A stretch of DNA of 49,626 nucleotides, taken from an uncultured bacterium. GTDB taxonomy: Bacteria; Eisenbacteria; RBG-16-71-46; DASYSL01. The position numbers were made by a program, and so were the translations under genes. Of the stretch, positions 47,022-49,626 are shown in pieces. The stretch lies in the NCBI GenBank assembly GCA_964386525.1, contig CAYLSO010000008.1, positions 1 through 49,626 on the forward strand, written 5' to 3'. How positions within the stretch are numbered: position 1 is the stretch's first letter; each line of letters opens with the position of its first letter. Below the pieces are notes generated by a model. That model was not told where the DNA came from and ran no database searches. It was given only the letters and a program-made list of their open reading frames with translations.

Positions 47022-48221
47022 CTAGGCGGAGGTGTCGCCCGGGACCGGGGGTAGCGGCGGCATGGCGGGCGGCGCCGGAGGCGCGGGCGGCGCCGGCGGG
47101 ATCCCGGCGCCCGGCGCGGCGAAGCCGGCCGCCGCCCGCGGCGCCATCCCGCCCCGCGTGGCCAGGATGGCCCCGATGCCGAGCAGCGCCACGCAGCTCG
47201 AGAGCACCCAGTTGAGCACGCTCAGGGCGATGCCGAGCCCGGTGGCCACCGGTGCCAGGAAGCCGAGTGACTGGAGCGCCGCCGACAGCAGCGCCGGCAG
47301 GAAGAGCGCCGCCACGCCGAAGAGCAAGGACCGCCACAGCCCGGGTTCCCCGTCCTGCGGCTTGAGGCGCCGCACGGCCCACTGCCCGACGATGAAGGCG
47401 CCCGCCAGATAGCCCCAGAGCAGCAGCACGGCCAGGGCGACCGCATAGCCCACCCAGAGCAGCACCGCCACCGGGATCCCGATGATGGTGATGCAGAGCA
47501 GCGCGCCCACCAGGACCACGGCCAGCGCCGACGGGGCCAGACCGATCAGGGCGGCCACGCCCCAGAGGAACGCGGGGCCGGGCTTCTCCCTGATGTAGGC
47601 TGCGGCCCGCAGCGTGCGGTCGGGCGCCACCTGCGTGGCGACCCAGGCGAGCAGCAGGGTCAGCAGGAGGAAGACCAGCAGCTGCACGACCTTGATCCCC
47701 TGCCCCACCAGGTTCATGACGTTCAGGTCGAAGAGCCACGGCGGCAGGCCGGGCATGGAAACCGAGGAGCCGCGCAGGGCGCCGGAGCCTTCGTGCAGGA
47801 CCTTCCCGCCGAGGCTGATGGCCTCGCCGCGCACCTCGCCCCCGGGCCGGATGCGCACCCGGCCCCCGAGGGAGACCGCGTCTCCGTCCACGGTGCCGAG
47901 CACGTCCACCGAGCCGCCGATGGCCACGACGTCGCCGCGCACGCGCTGCCCGGGCTGCACGACGATGTCTTCGCCGAACCGCACCAGGTCGCCGGTGGAA
48001 CCGTCGTGCCGCCAGCGGACCGGGATGGTAGTGCTGTCGCCGAGATCCGACACCCCGACGCGGATGACCGATTCGGGCTCGTCGCTGAAGTTCAGTTCGA
48101 TGTGATCCGCATGGGGCGGCTGCGGCGGCTGGGGCGCCGGAGGGGCGCCCTTGGGCGCCGCCAGCGCGACGGCGCTCAGCGTGGCCAGCAGGATCAGGAA
48201 TCCGATCGTGGCGCGTTTCAC
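47022..48221 (-). CDS. Membrane protein with N-terminal bactofilin-like (polymer-forming, beta-helical) domain and polytopic C-terminal domain
   Basis: GTG start with an AGGAGG RBS and a signal peptide. GDVVAIGGSVDVLGTVDGDAVSLGGRVRIRPGGEVRGEAISLGG resembles bactofilin/DUF583 repeats. About 6 TM helices follow, then a Pro-rich tail (PPAPPAPPAPPAMPPLPP). Confidence 0.7.
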   Translation of the reverse strand: MKRATIGFLILLATLSAVALAAPKGAPPAPQPPQPPHADHIELNFSDEPESVIRVGVSDLGDSTTIPVRWRHDGSTGDLVRFGEDIVVQPGQRVRGDVVAIGGSVDVLGTVDGDAVSLGGRVRIRPGGEVRGEAISLGGKVLHEGSGALRGSSVSMPGLPPWLFDLNVMNLVGQGIKVVQLLVFLLLTLLLAWVATQVAPDRTLRAAAYIREKPGPAFLWGVAALIGLAPSALAVVLVGALLCITIIGIPVAVLLWVGYAVALAVLLLWGYLAGAFIVGQWAVRRLKPQDGEPGLWRSLLFGVAALFLPALLSAALQSLGFLAPVATGLGIALSVLNWVLSSCVALLGIGAILATRGGMAPRAAAGFAAPGAGIPPAPPAPPAPPAMPPLPPVPGDTSA

Positions 48222-48242
48222 TGCTGCCTCCTACTGCGGGTC

Positions 48243-49427
48243 TCAGCGCTCGCTGGCGAGGCCCACGTGGACGTCCCCTGAAGCGGTGTGGACCGCGATC
48301 GTGGCCGACCCGGGGCCGAGCACCCCGACCAGCCGGCGGCGATTGGCCTGCTCCAGCGTCATGGGGACGCGGGCCACGATGTCCCCGCTGGCCGTCACGA
48401 TCTCCAGGCGACCCTGCGCCGGGTCCGGCAGGCCCAGGATCACATCCCCGCTGGTCGTTTCCACCGAGACGCTCAGCAGCGGAGCCTCGATCCGGGCGTC
48501 CACATCGCCGCTGGCGGTGGCGACCCCGAGGCGGCCGGCCGTGGCCGACAGCGACACGTCGCCCGAAGTGGTCGAGACGGCCGCCGCCCCCCGCACCCGC
48601 TCCGCCGAGATGTCGCCACTGACCGAGGACACGGTCAGGGTCCCGCCCACTTCCTCGGCCGCCAGGTCGCCGCTGGTGGACTCGTAGCTCAGCGCCCCGG
48701 TCACCAGGTCGGCGCTCAGGTCGCCGCTCGTGGTATCCATCTCGAGGGAGCCGTCCAGGCGTTCCACCGACAGGTCGCCGCTGGTCGAGTGCATGACCAA
48801 CTTGCCGGTGTGGGCGTCCACCCGACCGTCGCCGGACGTGGTCCAGAATTCGAGCGGTCCGGTCGAGCCTTCGAGCGTCAGGGCGCCGTTCTTGGTGACC
48901 ACCTTGGTCGGGACGTCCCGGGGCACCGCGATCTGCAGGTCCACGTCGGCCCGCCGGCGCAACACCTCCCGTCCCAACACCCGGACTCTGACGCTCGACG
49001 AGGAGATCCGCTCCGGGTAGTGGACCACCAGCCGCAGGTCGGTCCCCTCGCGGACCACCTCCACGCGGACCTCGCGGGCCAGGGCCCGCGCCTCTTCCTG
49101 GTCGCCCGCCGCGGTCTGCTTGCGCGCCTCGACCCGCACCACGGTCGTATCGCTGGTCCGCAGCCGGACGGTGCCGCGCGCGTTCTCGATGACGAGGCGC
49201 GTCTGAGGCGCCAGGGGCAAGGTCACCTGGCTCGTCTCTTCGTAGCGCGCATCTCGGCGGTCTCGATTGCAGCCACCGGCCGCCGTGGCGGCCAGCGCCG
49301 CCGCCAGCAACGCCAGCGCGAGCTTGCCCCCGCCGCCGCCGGTGGATCGCGGGTTCGCGCCCCGGCTGCCGGGGGGCGGTCCGTACCCGGGCCCCGGTTC
49401 GGGCCTCATGCGGATGGTCTTGTCCAT
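48243..49427 (-). CDS. DUF4097-family lipoprotein, third copy
   Basis: Lipobox AAGGC. At least eight repeats of T[ST]SGD[LVI]S (TTSGDLSA, STSGDLAA, SVSGDISA, TTSGDVSL, TASGDVDA, TTSGDVIL, TASGDIVA, TASGDVHV). There is a 21-nt gap to the downstream 47022 gene. Confidence 0.8.
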   Translation of the reverse strand: MDKTIRMRPEPGPGYGPPPGSRGANPRSTGGGGGKLALALLAAALAATAAGGCNRDRRDARYEETSQVTLPLAPQTRLVIENARGTVRLRTSDTTVVRVEARKQTAAGDQEEARALAREVRVEVVREGTDLRLVVHYPERISSSSVRVRVLGREVLRRRADVDLQIAVPRDVPTKVVTKNGALTLEGSTGPLEFWTTSGDGRVDAHTGKLVMHSTSGDLSVERLDGSLEMDTTSGDLSADLVTGALSYESTSGDLAAEEVGGTLTVSSVSGDISAERVRGAAAVSTTSGDVSLSATAGRLGVATASGDVDARIEAPLLSVSVETTSGDVILGLPDPAQGRLEIVTASGDIVARVPMTLEQANRRRLVGVLGPGSATIAVHTASGDVHVGLASER

Positions 49428-49626
49428 TGGGTCCCTCGCAGTTCGAGACGCCGTATCCTAGCTGGCATACGGCGAGGCCGGGCCTGGGGTTGCAGCCCGA
49501 CGGGGCGGGGATGGGCGACCGTGGGTGGGAAAGGAGGGAGACTTCGGGCTCGGGGTCTGGGGCCGCCGACCCGGGAGTCCGGGCCCCGCCCTCCGAAAAC
49601 GCGCAGGGAGAGGGTCAAGAACATCT

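Overview
Very GC-rich (about 70% by eye) chromosomal segment. It probably comes from an uncultured diderm bacterium: it carries an outer-membrane beta-barrel gene, an LPS heptosyltransferase and a T9SS-type C-terminal sorting domain. I saw no rRNA, tRNA, CRISPR array or mobile element.

Coding density is high. Most long ORFs in the six-frame track are antisense or alternate-frame artefacts of the GC content. I called 39 intact protein genes, one frameshifted gene (nrfA) and one speculative short ORF.

Gene content, in order:
- 5'-truncated GH94 glucan phosphorylase/synthase, cspA, and a STAS anti-sigma antagonist.
- Two secreted proteins flanking an OM beta-barrel gene.
- A di-haem cytochrome c peroxidase and an 895-aa six-haem cytochrome with a T9SS-type C-terminal domain.
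- An EamA transporter, a Lon-like protease translationally coupled to a tandem-USP protein, and a lipoprotein.
- hemE-hemY and the membrane pyrophosphatase hppA.
- A third secreted protein followed by an alkaline-phosphatase-fold/TPR fusion.
- A three-subunit molybdenum hydroxylase (order L-S-M) behind nfuA.
- A YbaK-like deacylase, a GAF/fRMsr-like protein, mnmA, and a TPR protein.
- A GT9 heptosyltransferase, an S41 C-terminal processing protease, an (alpha/alpha)-barrel protein and nagZ.
- An ECF sigma/anti-sigma operon with two DUF4097 genes.
- nrfH-nrfA fused by start/stop overlap to hyuA-hyuB.
- A bactofilin-like membrane protein with a further DUF4097 lipoprotein.

Main hunt results:
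1. Three otherwise dissimilar signal-peptide proteins end in the same short tail, VPV-x(2-5)-[ST]-[WL]-G-x-[VL]-K-x-[LT]-Y-R-COOH. Two of them bracket an OM beta-barrel gene. This looks like an undescribed C-terminal sorting or processing tag.
2. A multi-haem cytochrome appears targeted to the cell surface by a T9SS-type domain.
3. nrfA has a single-base frameshift in a homopolymer and carries five CXXCH motifs with no CXXCK.
4. nrfHA is unexpectedly coupled to hydantoinase/oxoprolinase genes.
5. DUF4097 envelope-stress modules sit on both sides of that block.
6. Several structured non-coding regions stand out: the hppA leader with an internal terminator, direct repeats upstream of the EamA gene, and a palindrome over a perfect TATAAT.
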